Source: Cyanophora paradoxa CCMP329 (lineage: Eukaryota; Plantae; Glaucophyta). From it: a DNA stretch of 53,498 bases. The stretch spans positions 1-53,498 of the forward strand of contig QPMI01000248.1 of the NCBI GenBank assembly GCA_004431415.1. The letters run 5' to 3'. Position 1 is the stretch's first letter. The number at the start of each line of letters is the position of its first letter. The notes beneath the pieces are model-generated. The model had not been told where the DNA came from. It saw only the letters and a program-made list of their open reading frames with translations, and searched no databases. Of the stretch, positions 42,301-53,498 are shown piece after piece. Position numbers and translations under genes: made by a program.

Positions 42301-45300
42301 CCGTGCCACACGTGCAGCATCGGCCCCGATGGCTCACCCGTCATCGTGAACCACCGGCTCCGTGCATCAGTGATCAGCATTGCGCACCGCTACTACGAGT
42401 ACATCGACTCGACCACGGGCAACACGGTGACAATGACTAACGTCGAGCTTCAGGAGCACTGCCGCCTCTGCACAACGCCGCCGTACATGGAGTTCGTCCG
42501 CAATTGCCCCGTACCGTCGCCAACCTCACGCCAGCGCACGCCGTACCCGAGTACTCTGCGACCTGACGATGCACCGGCGGACATCACGCTCGACGCTCTG
42601 TACGGAGTGACGATGGAAATGAAGACGCTCTTCCTGCGGATTATCGGTCTGTTAATGGATATCACCCCACAGGGAACGACGTCTTTGACGGGGAACGACG
42701 ACTGGCCTCGGGTCGCTGACATCTTCCTTAACGTCGACGTCAGCCCCTTCACCGTCCGTGCCAGCACCCTCCGGCCTGGCGTTCGCGACGCGAGTACTGG
42801 ACCGATAGGCACTCGGCCAATCATTCTCGCCCCGGGAGTTGTCAACACCTCTGGGCAGGACACGTCCCGACTCGCGCGAACGACTGTGAACGCGTCGCTT
42901 CCCGTCTGCTTGTCGGCACCGGCGTTCTACCATGCTCACGCGTTAATGCACCCCGTCGATGAGCCGAACACGCGCCTCGGCCCGACACCAACTGATCTTC
43001 CGCCCTACCCGGTGCCTGAGACCACGGTCGCTGCAGCTGGGGAGTGAGCCGCAAGTTGGCGTCGATTTACGTCGCTGCCGTTCTACACGACTGGCCGGCT
43101 CGACAGCGGGACAAGATTAAGCCGCATCTCACTCTCCGAACCAACGACGTCGACATGGAGTACTTGCGACTCGCCGCCGAGAACGCGCGACTTCGGGACC
43201 CGACGCAGTTTTCGGCGAGGTACCTCGAAGTCCACAACGTGTTGACAGACATCCTTCGTCGCCGCACGCCTGGAACGCCGTCCCCGACCACTCCGCCCGA
43301 CAAGCACGCGCAGCTGCTGGCCGACGAACAGCTCGCACGTGAACTGCAGGCTCGCCTCGACGCCGAAGCTGCCAAGGGAGAGGACCCGGTGCAGGCCGCG
43401 GCGCAAGCCCCCTACTTGCAGGCTGCAATCGGTGGTATTGCTCGTGGCCGCACCATGGACGCCCGTCGCCGTACTGCGGCAGCACAGGCTCCACCGCGCC
43501 AATCGGCGAGGCACGGGGGAACGGTCAGGGGCCGCGGCCGCGCGCTCCCGATTCATACCAGCCGGCCCCAGACCCCGGGCAACCCTCACTACCACGACGA
43601 CGACATGACGTGCCCAACGGCACCGGTGACACCGCCGACCGACGCCCCGGAGCCCCCGGCCCCGCGGAACGACCCACCCCCTGCGCCCGAGGTGACGGCC
43701 TCGTCGACGGACACTCCGGACGCCCAGCCCGTTGCACCCGCGACGACGACTCCGGACGCCCAGCCCGTTGCACCCGTGACAACGACTCCGGTGGCCCCGA
43801 CGCCCGCTCTCGAGACGCCGGTCTCGTCGACGGCCGCTCGAGATGCTTCGCCCATCGCACCGGCGATGGCGACCTCGCTGACGACCCCGCACAGCGTCCC
43901 GTCCCCCACGGCCGTGGCTGCGGTCTCGACGGCCCCGTCGCCTGCGCCTGAGCTACTGGCCCCGTCCGACGCCCCGCCAGCCCCGGCCACGACTGTGACG
44001 GCGGCCCCGCCGCAGAGCCCGGCCCAACCCCGATGCTGCCGATCCCGTCACTTCACCCCGACTACACTGCACCGACCGACGCGTCGATGCCTGACTCGAC
44101 GACTGCCGACTCGTCGGGCACTGAGAGGACCGAGGACGTGCCCATGGGCGACCCGCGCGTTTCGAGGGGGATCATCGTCGACACGCCGACCTTGCCGAGC
44201 CCTCACGACGACCGTGACAGTCCTCCTGACACCGACGAAGACACGTCCAGCGACTCGGAGCCCGAGATCAAGGACGTGGCCGCCGACCTTGGACACCGCC
44301 ACGCCTGGACGATCCTCCGCCTCAAGCCCGTGGTGCACAACCAGCTGCGTGCGTACCTGGACACGCCGCGACGCTTCATGGTCACAACGACGACGACGGA
44401 TTGGCGCAAGACCCCTGAGACGCCGACCCTCTTCGCCGCCAGCGAGCTCACGAGCTGCATGCACCTCGCAGCTGCCCGCAGCAACACGCCTACTGGGCAA
44501 CCGTTGCTGGGTACTCGCCCGAGTGACCAGGCTCACTACCTCCTTCAACATCTGACCGAATTCCGCTCCGTCATCCACGTCATCATGCGCCTCGCGCGGG
44601 CTCAGCCCTTCGCGCCTGGGGAGACGGCGACCACGTGGCCTCACCCGAACGACCCGCTCGCCGATGTCCTCGGACGGCCAGAGATGCTGGAGCTGTTTGG
44701 TTTGACACCGACAGAGTTCACTCTTGTACACCAGTCCAAGACTCCAGTCGTACCGTGCATCCTTCAGGTGGCTGTCAACCTTGCCCGCAATCTCCGGACG
44801 CTGCACTACGACGTGGAGATGACGGAGAGCGATGAACGGTTCTTGAACTTCGACAAGATCACGAACACGGCGACGCGCCTTGCAACAATCAGGCAACTGG
44901 TCCAAACTGTCAAGTTCACGGCCCCGCTCACAGGACCTGACGACATCTATCTGTCTACGCTTCGACACGGTTCACCGCCGCCCGACATCGCCTTGTCGAT
45001 GCGTTCGACGGCCCTGGCGCGGGCGTGGGACATCGCTGCATACTTCGACCATTACAAGTGGGACGAGACGCGCGACCGCTACGGGGATAGCCGATTTGCT
45101 CACCTCTACGACGTTCGTGACCCAGCACCGAGCTCCGACCGTCCATGGCCGACGAGTCACGCGCCGTTGCTGTCAATGCTCACCGAGCAAGTCGAGAACG
45201 TACTCCGCCTCGTCAACATCACAGCCGACGTCGAGGGCCCCGGCAACTTCCTGCGCCGTTACTACACGTCCCGTTTCAACCCGAAATCCGACGCGAACCC

Positions 45301-48300
45301 GGCTACGAACCAGCGGGCGACCGCCGAGCTCGCGGAGGAGATCCGGCTGAACAGCCAGTTAGCAGTGGTCGCGGCACGCGATGTCCATCGTCTGCGCACG
45401 CCCCCGTCAGCGAGTCCGACCTACACCACTGTCTTCGGCACGGACTGTCCCGTCACCGCTCCGGCGTCCTCCCCTCAAATTTCACGAACGTCGTCGCCGC
45501 GTCTGTCACGGAGACGACTGCGCTGGCAAGGCTCGCCGAGCTACATGACACCACCGTTGTCGCGATGTCAATCACTACGTTCATGCACAAGCGTCAACTC
45601 GCCAAGAAGGGCAAACCGATCCGTCTCGAATCGCGACTGCACGCCCCCGTCTTCACCCCGAAGCAGCCCGAGCCAGCTGTCGAGCTCTATTACAACTCTG
45701 ACCGTTACATAATGGTGCACCCTGAAGAGGCGGCGCTCCTGGCGTGCAAAACTGCGTGGCGCTCCCATATCCTCCAGCTGACTCTCGAGGCCATGCGTCG
45801 CGCGTACAAGCTCGAGACGGAGTCAAGCACTCGTACTGCGAGCAAGCTTGCTTTCGGCCTCGTCGCTCGACTCGACACTGCACTTAGCAAGGCTACGACC
45901 ACCCAGCGCTTGGCGGTAACACGGGCCTTCCTCCTGGACGCCGAGCATCGATTGAATCTGTTCTACTGCATGCTTTACCCGCGCTACCGCGATCACCTAC
46001 TCCCTGTCCTCCCCAGTCCGATGGTACCCGTCACCGACCCTCTCGCCGTCCCGGTCCCACGGCCCCCTGAGCGCGACGTTGACGAGTACGGATACCTGAC
46101 ACAGTGGACGTCGGACGGCATCGACATCTTGCCTCGCGTTCCTGACTGGGATTCCCTCGTTGGACTTGTCGACGACATGAGCAAGGACACTTTCTGGAAC
46201 TCCAACACGTACTTCGGGCTTCGTGCCCGCGCTATGGTCTACGGAACAGAGCGCAAGCGCCCCCGCGAGAAGCGACCGAATGACGAGAAGTTGCAGAAGA
46301 AGGAGCGCAAGGCCGCCCGGCTCACTCCCGAGGAGGTCGACTCCATCATCTCCAGAATTTTGAGCGAACTCCACACTGTTCCTTTCAAGGAGGTGCTACT
46401 CTCGGAGAACGCTGACATTCCTGACGTCTATTTCTGGGCCTTCCTCAACGAGGAATGGGCGAAGGGCTTCACGGTCGTCGACGGCGCTGGCTACCAGCAC
46501 GGAGTGTGGCCGGATCTGAGCGGCGTGATGGTCCGACGGGAACCGCGACCTGATTCGACGGAGAACGAGCGCGACACGTTCTATGCGGGTTTTGGACGGC
46601 GCAACAATCACATCAACGGGAATTATTCGCCCAAACGATCAACGACTGGTACCCAATCCGTCTCCACAATCCTCGCCCCCCACTCCCGTACGGCATGCGC
46701 ACATACAGCCCCGAGGAGACGCGAGCTGGAGGTGACTTCCTACCTCTGGATACTGATCCGGGACGGGATACCTCCTATCACATCTTCATGACACCGCTTC
46801 TCTTCACGAACACGGACTTCCTGGCCACAGCGTACTGCAAAACGATCCAGGAACATGGGCGACACGCGCCCCACATCTTCGCCGTCGCGGCTCACATCCT
46901 CGGAGGCCCAGCCCCGTTCGGACAGACGGCTGATCTGACCGAGGAGCTCACTGTGGAGGACGGGCACAGACCGGAGGAGCTCCCGAGCCGCCGCCGGTCG
47001 AAGAGCTGGAGGGAATCCCGACTCGGGACCCACCCCCAGTTCATCCCGCCACCACGACAAAGAAGTACATGCACGTCCTAGGTGAGGTCCACATGCCATA
47101 CGTGCTACTCGGCGACTCTGGTCTCGAGGCATTTCTCCGGCGCGTCCCGTACATGCGCCCATTCCTCATGAAGATGCACGTACGCTGGTCGAACTTCTCG
47201 CGAGCACTCAGTCGTGTCCTACGCTACGGCGTCGGCCCCGGCACCTACCCGTACCGCGCCGGTGCTCCCGGCCATGGCGAACTCAGCCAGCACAACCGCG
47301 CGGGCCTGCCCTTCCGATCGTTCCTGATCACGGCCGCCGACGAGTTCCACCCGGCCAACAAGTATGCCGACTACTTCGACTGCATCTACGACGAGGACAA
47401 CCACGCGCACCTCCGTGACTCCGCTTCACGTCAAGATGTCGAACGATGCTTCTACGAGATTGCCATGCCCGACGACCTCAACGCGCCGCCCATGACTCTT
47501 ACGCCGGCCAATGCTGACCTGTGCGGCCCTCGAATCGTCCGATTCACGCACGTTGCACCGGCCGGACCCAGCCGCGGTGCCCCCAACACGATCCAGAACC
47601 GCTCGCACATCACTATCTTCGACGCGAACAACCGGAACACCTGGCAGCAGATCATCGCGGGCACGAGGAAACCCCAAACGAGGCGGCGGGGCCGCACCCG
47701 TGCGGCCCCGACCCCAAGTACTTCCCGGTGTCCGTCAATGACTACACTGGCCCTGGGGGCGTCGTCGTGTCTCTGCGTCGTCGCGGGCCCACGGGCACCG
47801 CGCCTGCAACGCCCCCGTCGTCCACCAGGTCCTGGGGTTCCCGCTTTCGGTACACACTTGGGTGTACGGAATCGCAGCGTACCTGGCGGCGGCAGTCAAG
47901 CTGCACGGTGCCTTGTCGTTCTTCCTCGAGCCCCTACCGGGGGAACTCGGGAACATCATCATCGACTACGTTCGTAGCCACGAGGATGAGCTGCACTTCC
48001 GCTTCACGGCTTCAGGCGAAGTGGCGCGCAGTGCCAAACTCGACAAATGGTACGAGGTCGAGTACCCTGACTGCGAACGCGTCGACCCGGCACATTTAAT
48101 CACAGCCTTCGAATCCCTACTGCACAAGGCAACCAACGACTGGTTGGCGGTCCAGATCAAGCACGAGACACCCCCGGCGGCTCGCGAAGATGTCGACATG
48201 GATCGAAACCACTGCTGGCCCGTAGCATTCCGACTCCCGGATGGAGTCATCAACGCACTCAACGCCCAAGTCCGGGGCGCTGACTTCGATCCCACGAACG

Positions 48301-50240
48301 ATCCGTCACACCCGCATCGTCCCAGTGTCTATGACGTCAACGCGAGCGCAGTGCGCAACGCTATTATGGATTTCGAACAGCGATACGCCGACATACACGA
48401 GCAATTCCGTCACGCCGAATATGGCAACTTCACATTCGATCCATTCTACAATGAATTCGGCGCCGCCATCTTCAGTCGCGAACCGCAGGCGCGGGCGCTA
48501 CTCCACGGTTGGTTGGAACAATTCGTTTACAATCACGCCACCGTCGACGCGGCGACGAGGCGGCCCATCACGTTCACTAGCCGCGAAGCCTACCGGGCGG
48601 TACAGATCGTCGACGTCCTCCCCTGCGTCACTCCCTGGGCGATCCGGACAACGACAGCCTCCTTCGTCAGATCCCCACATTTACATTGGTCACGGCCCCC
48701 ACGGCGCGCCTGTCGACCCGTACGAAGGCCGCACGCGCTTCACTAACATCATGAACTACATCACTACGACGAAGGCAGAGGAGTCGCGCGCGTACATTTG
48801 GGACCCGCGCCTCGACGGCAAGATCAAGCTCGTGGGCACGGACGAGTACATTCGTCGGAACCCTGGGATTGCGCGCAAGCCCTTTGTCCGACCCTTCGTC
48901 GTCTGGTCGACCGACTTCAAGGATCTGCGCACCAACGAGCCGACGGGACTGGCACGCTTCGGTCACATCCAGGGTGTTGTCTTCAAGCCATCTGGCAGTA
49001 ACAGGCCTCCGCGTCGTAGTCCTACGGGGACCGAGACGACGGGAACCTCTGACGGCGACGACTCCAGCTCGGACAGTGGTGGCTCCACCGCCGAGTCCGT
49101 AGCTCCATCGGAGACCCCGTCGGCCGGGACGCCGAGCCTAGCCTCGCGCGTGCAGTCGTCCGCGTTCGCCCCCCACGGCCTCCTTGGACCGCTCACACGG
49201 CAGCACACGTACACGATTGCATACAACGACCTCACTAATCCCAGGACGTCGACGGATCTCACGATGGGCTGCTGGCTCCTCTACTCTGGACGGGGACCGG
49301 ACTACGAGCGGATCACGTCCGCGCGACACCGTGCCTTCGAGGACCCTGAATTCGCTGCCAGTTATCACTTGTACGACTGGTCGCCGCTTCAGCGGTCTCA
49401 CCAACTCAACGCCCACGCAATCCTGGAGACGCTCCACGAGATCGAGAACTTTCGGTGGGATTTCACAACCTCTCAGGGCCTGTCAGCCGACCTCGCTTTC
49501 ACTCGCGCCTTGTTCACTCGGGCGGCCTTCATCCTCAATTCAATCGGCCTCGCGGCGTGGGACGTGGTCCTCCACAATGACTTCCGTAGTCATGACGCTC
49601 AACGGACACGTTTCTACGAGCGGCACGTACTCCAACGCGACACGCGCCTCCGCCACGCTTGGCCCCAACTCGTCAAATATCTCCGGGCGTCTCTCTCGCG
49701 CCACCGCGAAGCCATCCCGTTCCGATCCCCGGAGAGCCTGGCTACCGGCCGGCTGAACGACGGGATGGCGCAGCGGGGACCGAAGTTGACGCGATCAACG
49801 AGATTCACTATGGCTGGCCCAGCAACCGCCACCTCAACAAGCTCGCAAACGCCGACTGCAAGCCCATCCTTGGCGTCGGATACTTTTCAGCCACAATGCG
49901 CAATCACCGGCCCCCGCTGCGTCTGTCGGCAGCTCCCTGCAGGGCACGCCCATTCGCCGCGACGGACGTCCTCATGAACGTGCACAGGCGGACAACCACG
50001 CGGAAGCGACCTCGCCTCAAGCGGACGGCACCGCTCCCGCCAGCCAGCGTCATCTCCGGTTCGACACCGTGCACACCGTATGAGCAGAGCTACCTCGCCT
50101 CGCTTCGCGTCTGCGCGGCACGCATGTTGGGATTTGACGACGTCGAGGACCCCCTTGACGTTCCCCTCTTCGGCGACGGCGGCCCGTCAGTACCACACCC
50201 CATTGCGCGAATGACGGACACGAACCGCACGCTCAGAGAG
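39351..50240 (+). CDS. About 3,600 codons of unknown polyprotein sequence between Gag and protease (chain of overlapping ORFs)
   Basis: Overlapping long + strand ORFs (39944, 41035, 43044, 44033, 45145, 46695, 47069, 47521, 47862, 48241, 49659) with globular, aromatic-containing composition and no intergenic gaps. Confidence 0.75.
39385..39560 (+). repeat. 36-bp coding tandem repeat x5 (RPTGPVVDAPSS)
   Basis: cgcccgactggccccgttgttgacgcgccgtcttcg and variants at 39385, 39421, 39457, 39493 and 39529. Confidence 0.92.
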
Positions 50241-50680
50241 CGCATCAACGACGGCCGAATCTGCGTCAACTTGCACATCGCCGCTATCGATCACCGACGA
50301 CAAGTCCTTCAATACCTCCTCACCAAGGCATTGGTGGATACAGGAGCCGCTGCGGACGTACTCGACGGCAGTATCGCCGACAAACTGCCAGGCCTTCGCT
50401 ACAGCAACGCTCCGCGCGTGCACCTCACCGGCTTTGGAACGGACATGACTGCCTATGCGCGCATCGCATTCATTGCAATTAAGGTTGGTCCGGTCACAAT
50501 TCCGCGGAAGGTCCTCGTCGTCGCGCCTGGTCTCATGGGCAACACTCCAATGCTACTCGGCCTCACAACGCTGGTGGCGCTCAACGCTCACATCGTGCTC
50601 GACCCAGCAAATTGGGGAATGACGATCACGTCGCCTGACTCCTCGGATGGCGAACGATTCCACGTCCCTTTTCGGCTGCG
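50241..50680 (+). CDS. Retropepsin-like aspartic protease domain
   Basis: KALVDTGAAADVL (DTG at 50337-50345) and the downstream PMLLGLTTL motif. Confidence 0.88.
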
Positions 50681-51619
50681 GGCCAGCACGACGGCGGCGT
50701 TCTGGTCCGATTGGCGAAGGACATCACTGTACGGCCGGGTGAATCGCTCGTTCGATGTTACATGCCACAAACGACTTCGAACACGACTCTCGGCGCACCG
50801 GAAGTCCTCCTCACTCCGCCACCACTCCTCCTCGACGACGACGGCTTCGACGGAGCCGACGAAGTCGAATTCTTGGTGCCATACCAAATTCACCGCAACC
50901 CAGCACACGGCACGTTTTTCGTGCAGATCTGCAACCCTCACAGGCGGCCTGTCCGCCTGCGAGCCGGAACTGTGATTGCGGAGACTGAATTCGGGACTTG
51001 GCCGGAGTCCGAATTCCGTCCACACGAGAATGTCGAGACCTACCCCAAGGGGTGTTACAGCTCCTGGACACCTCAACAACAACTGACATTCCCGATCTCT
51101 TCCGTAGCCGCGCAAATCTATGAGAACTTCAAGCCTGTTGTCGTACCCCGACGCTCGCAACCACGGCGCTACATCTCCCGAGCCCGACGCCTCTACCCGG
51201 AGGCTACCACCGACGACCGCCCGAACCCAACTGCAAGGAGGGCGAGGCGGCGCATGTTGGCTCCGTCGATGCTGCTGCCGACATCCCGCTATCCACGAGG
51301 CCAGCGAGCGTCTCATGTCGTACGTCGCACGTGTCGTCACCCCTTACACTGCTCGAACCGGCGATCACTTCAACGACAAGGAGCTCATGGAGCTGGCCAG
51401 TTTCTTCGAGCCTCACTTCGCCCGCTTCGACTCCGAGCCGATGCTGGTTGGCCCCGCAGTCGGCCCACGGTGCCCATCGCGTCCGTCAATGCCGACGCTC
51501 GAATGGAGCCCCCGTCGAGTGACACTGCGCCTCCTACAAAGCCATCGCCCGAGACCATCAAGGCGATGGTGGACGCCCTGTTGAAACCATCGGAGTCGAA
51601 CCCCGACGCCCTTCCCGAG

Positions 51620-53030
51620 GATCGCACTCAACTCCAGAACCTTCTCACGCAACGCCAGCACTGCTTCGCCCAGAACATCAATCCACGCGAGCTCCTGAAG
51701 TACAAGCACAGCATCCGACTTCTGCCCGGCGTCCCCGCCAAGCACCTCCCGCTGTACACCGTCCCTCGCCGGCTCTCTCCGCCTGCGGAGAAGGCTGCGA
51801 AGGCGGAAATCGAGAAGCTGCTACGCGACGGTCTCATCGAGCCTTCGCAAGCTGGTTTCGGCAGCCCCGTGGTGCTGGCACCGAAGAAGGATGGCACGAT
51901 GCGATTCTGCGTCGACTACAGGAAGCTCAATTCCCTCACGGAACGTGATGTCTTCCCGTTGCCACGCATTGAGGACCAATTGGAGCGCCTACAGGGTGCG
52001 TCCACGTTCTCGACTGGCGACGCAACGTCGGGTTTCTGGCAGTTGGAACTCGACGAGGAGTCACGTGACCTGACACATTCATCGTCCCCTGGGGAATGTA
52101 CAGGTGGAAAGTGACCCCTTTTGGTATCACGAACGGCCCAGCGGCGTTCTGTCGAGCCGTGACGTCAATTTTGGGCAACCTTTTGTCCACCTGCGTCGTG
52201 GCGTACGTCGATGACCTCACGGTCCACTCGCCGAACGTCAAACAACACCTTCTCGACCTGGAGGCCTTCTTCGCTGCGATCGACCGCGGTAACCTCAAAC
52301 TCAAGCCCAGCAAATGTCGTTTCATGGTGCGGGAAGTCGAGCTGCTCGGATTCCGTGTCAGCAGCGACGGCATTCGCATGGACCCCAAGAAGGTTGAGAT
52401 CATCTCCAAGATCACGGCGAACGAACTCCAGACTGTCGAGCAACTCCGCAGTTTCCTCGGCCTCACGGGCTTCTACCGGCGCTTCGTACAGAGTTACGCG
52501 CGACGGGAACTTTCCCTGCGAGACCTCCTCACGGACGCACTACGAGCCGACCGGCTCAACTTGGTGTGGAATGACGAGGCTCTCGCTGCGTTGGACGACC
52601 TCAAGAAGGCGATGTGCGAGGACATTGTGCTGATGCTGCCCGACTTCACGAAGCCGTTCATCATTTACACGGACTGGAGCAAACGGGCCATGGGAGCGGT
52701 GCTCATGCAGGAGGACAAGGACGGCCGCGAGCGCTCGATCGCATTCATCAGTCGTACTCTGACAAACATGGAGCGCAAGTACCAATCACCAACGGAGGGC
52801 GAATGCATTGCGGTACTCTGGGCGGTTAAGGTCTGGCACCACTACTTCGTCTGCGGCCACCCGTTCACGATCCGCACGGATCATTCGGCGTTGCAATGGT
52901 TGAAGACACAGGAGCTGGCGAACAACAAGACGCTTGGGCGCGCGGCCATCGCCCTCAACCACTACAACTACACTATCGAGTACCGCAACGGGCGGTCGAA
53001 CGTCGTTGCGGACTGCTGCTCTCGCCTTGC
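51620..53030 (+). CDS. pol: Ty3/Gypsy reverse transcriptase + RNase H
   Basis: RT: SPVVLAPKKDGTMRFCVDYRKLN, FPLPRIED, DATSGFWQ, PFGITNGPA, YVDD (52204-52215), LKPSKC, LRSFLGLTGFYRRFV. RNase H: PFIIYTDWS, GAVLMQ, TDHSALQWL, IEYRNGRSNVVADCCSR. One 1-nt shift at about 52075. Confidence 0.96.
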
Positions 53031-53498
53031 GGAGACGCACGCAGTGTACAAGCCTGGCGGCGCTGACGGCACTGACATCACGACTTCGATACCAGACGGC
53101 GCTCACGGGTTCGGTGTGCCCGATGCGGGAGACTACGACGATCCACGCGAACTCTACCGCGTCGCCATCACCGCACCTCCTCGGCCCTGCAACATACTCT
53201 GGACGGGCCGGCGTGGATCCCTACTGGGGATAGACGCGCGCCACCACGCGACCGAGCACCTTGCCCCGGCGCCACCGCGCCGAGACCGCGACGACCCTCA
53301 GACTTCACGGCGACGTCCAAGGTCGTTGAGCCCGACACTCAGCGAGTGCGTGACATCGTCGAGAAGGGGCCTGGAAGACGTGGAGTCCCAGATCACGCTG
53401 GAACGGCTCCACGAGAACGGCGCCCTCTCTGCCCCGACGTCGTACCCATGGAAGTTGACACGCCTGCACGGCCGCAGCGGCAGACGAGGCGGGCGCGA

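Larger units (their letters stand above)
36662..53498 (+). mobile_element. Giant Ty3/Gypsy-type LTR retrotransposon, 3' end outside the window
   Basis: Domain order is Gag CCHC knuckles, aspartic protease, RT, RNase H. The region is intronless, has lower GC, and lacks the host G/C skew. A candidate 5' LTR sits at about 36662-36980; the left boundary is approximate. Confidence 0.9.

Overview
Eukaryotic nuclear DNA, very GC-rich. It is most likely a glaucophyte alga such as Cyanophora (inference): genes are intron-dense, three carry MxAF/MAALF-type plastid transit peptides, and there is a cyanobacterial-type DUF2232 gene and a cytosolic-type GT5 alpha-glucan synthase. Bases 1-35.8 kb hold 12 compact spliced genes: PAN3, two alpha/beta hydrolases, two Golgi-type glycosyltransferases, a TM+coiled-coil protein built from tandem exon-intron units, DUF2232, TFIIIC subunit 6, adenylosuccinate lyase, cysteine synthase, an ARM/RING E3 ligase and a GH13-like/GT5/CBM48 glucan synthase. 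Their introns are about 50-90 nt, often GC-AG, with (CCCCG)n 5' halves and G-rich 3' halves. The host genes also show an oscillating G/C skew that is written into synonymous codons. From about 36.7 kb to the window end lies a Ty3/Gypsy-type retroelement. About 11 kb of unexplained same-strand coding sequence separates its Gag zinc knuckles from its protease, apparently making one polyprotein of more than 5,000 aa broken only by consistent -1 frame steps. Gene models were spliced by eye, so boundaries are approximate. The supplied ORF track is misleading here because of the introns.
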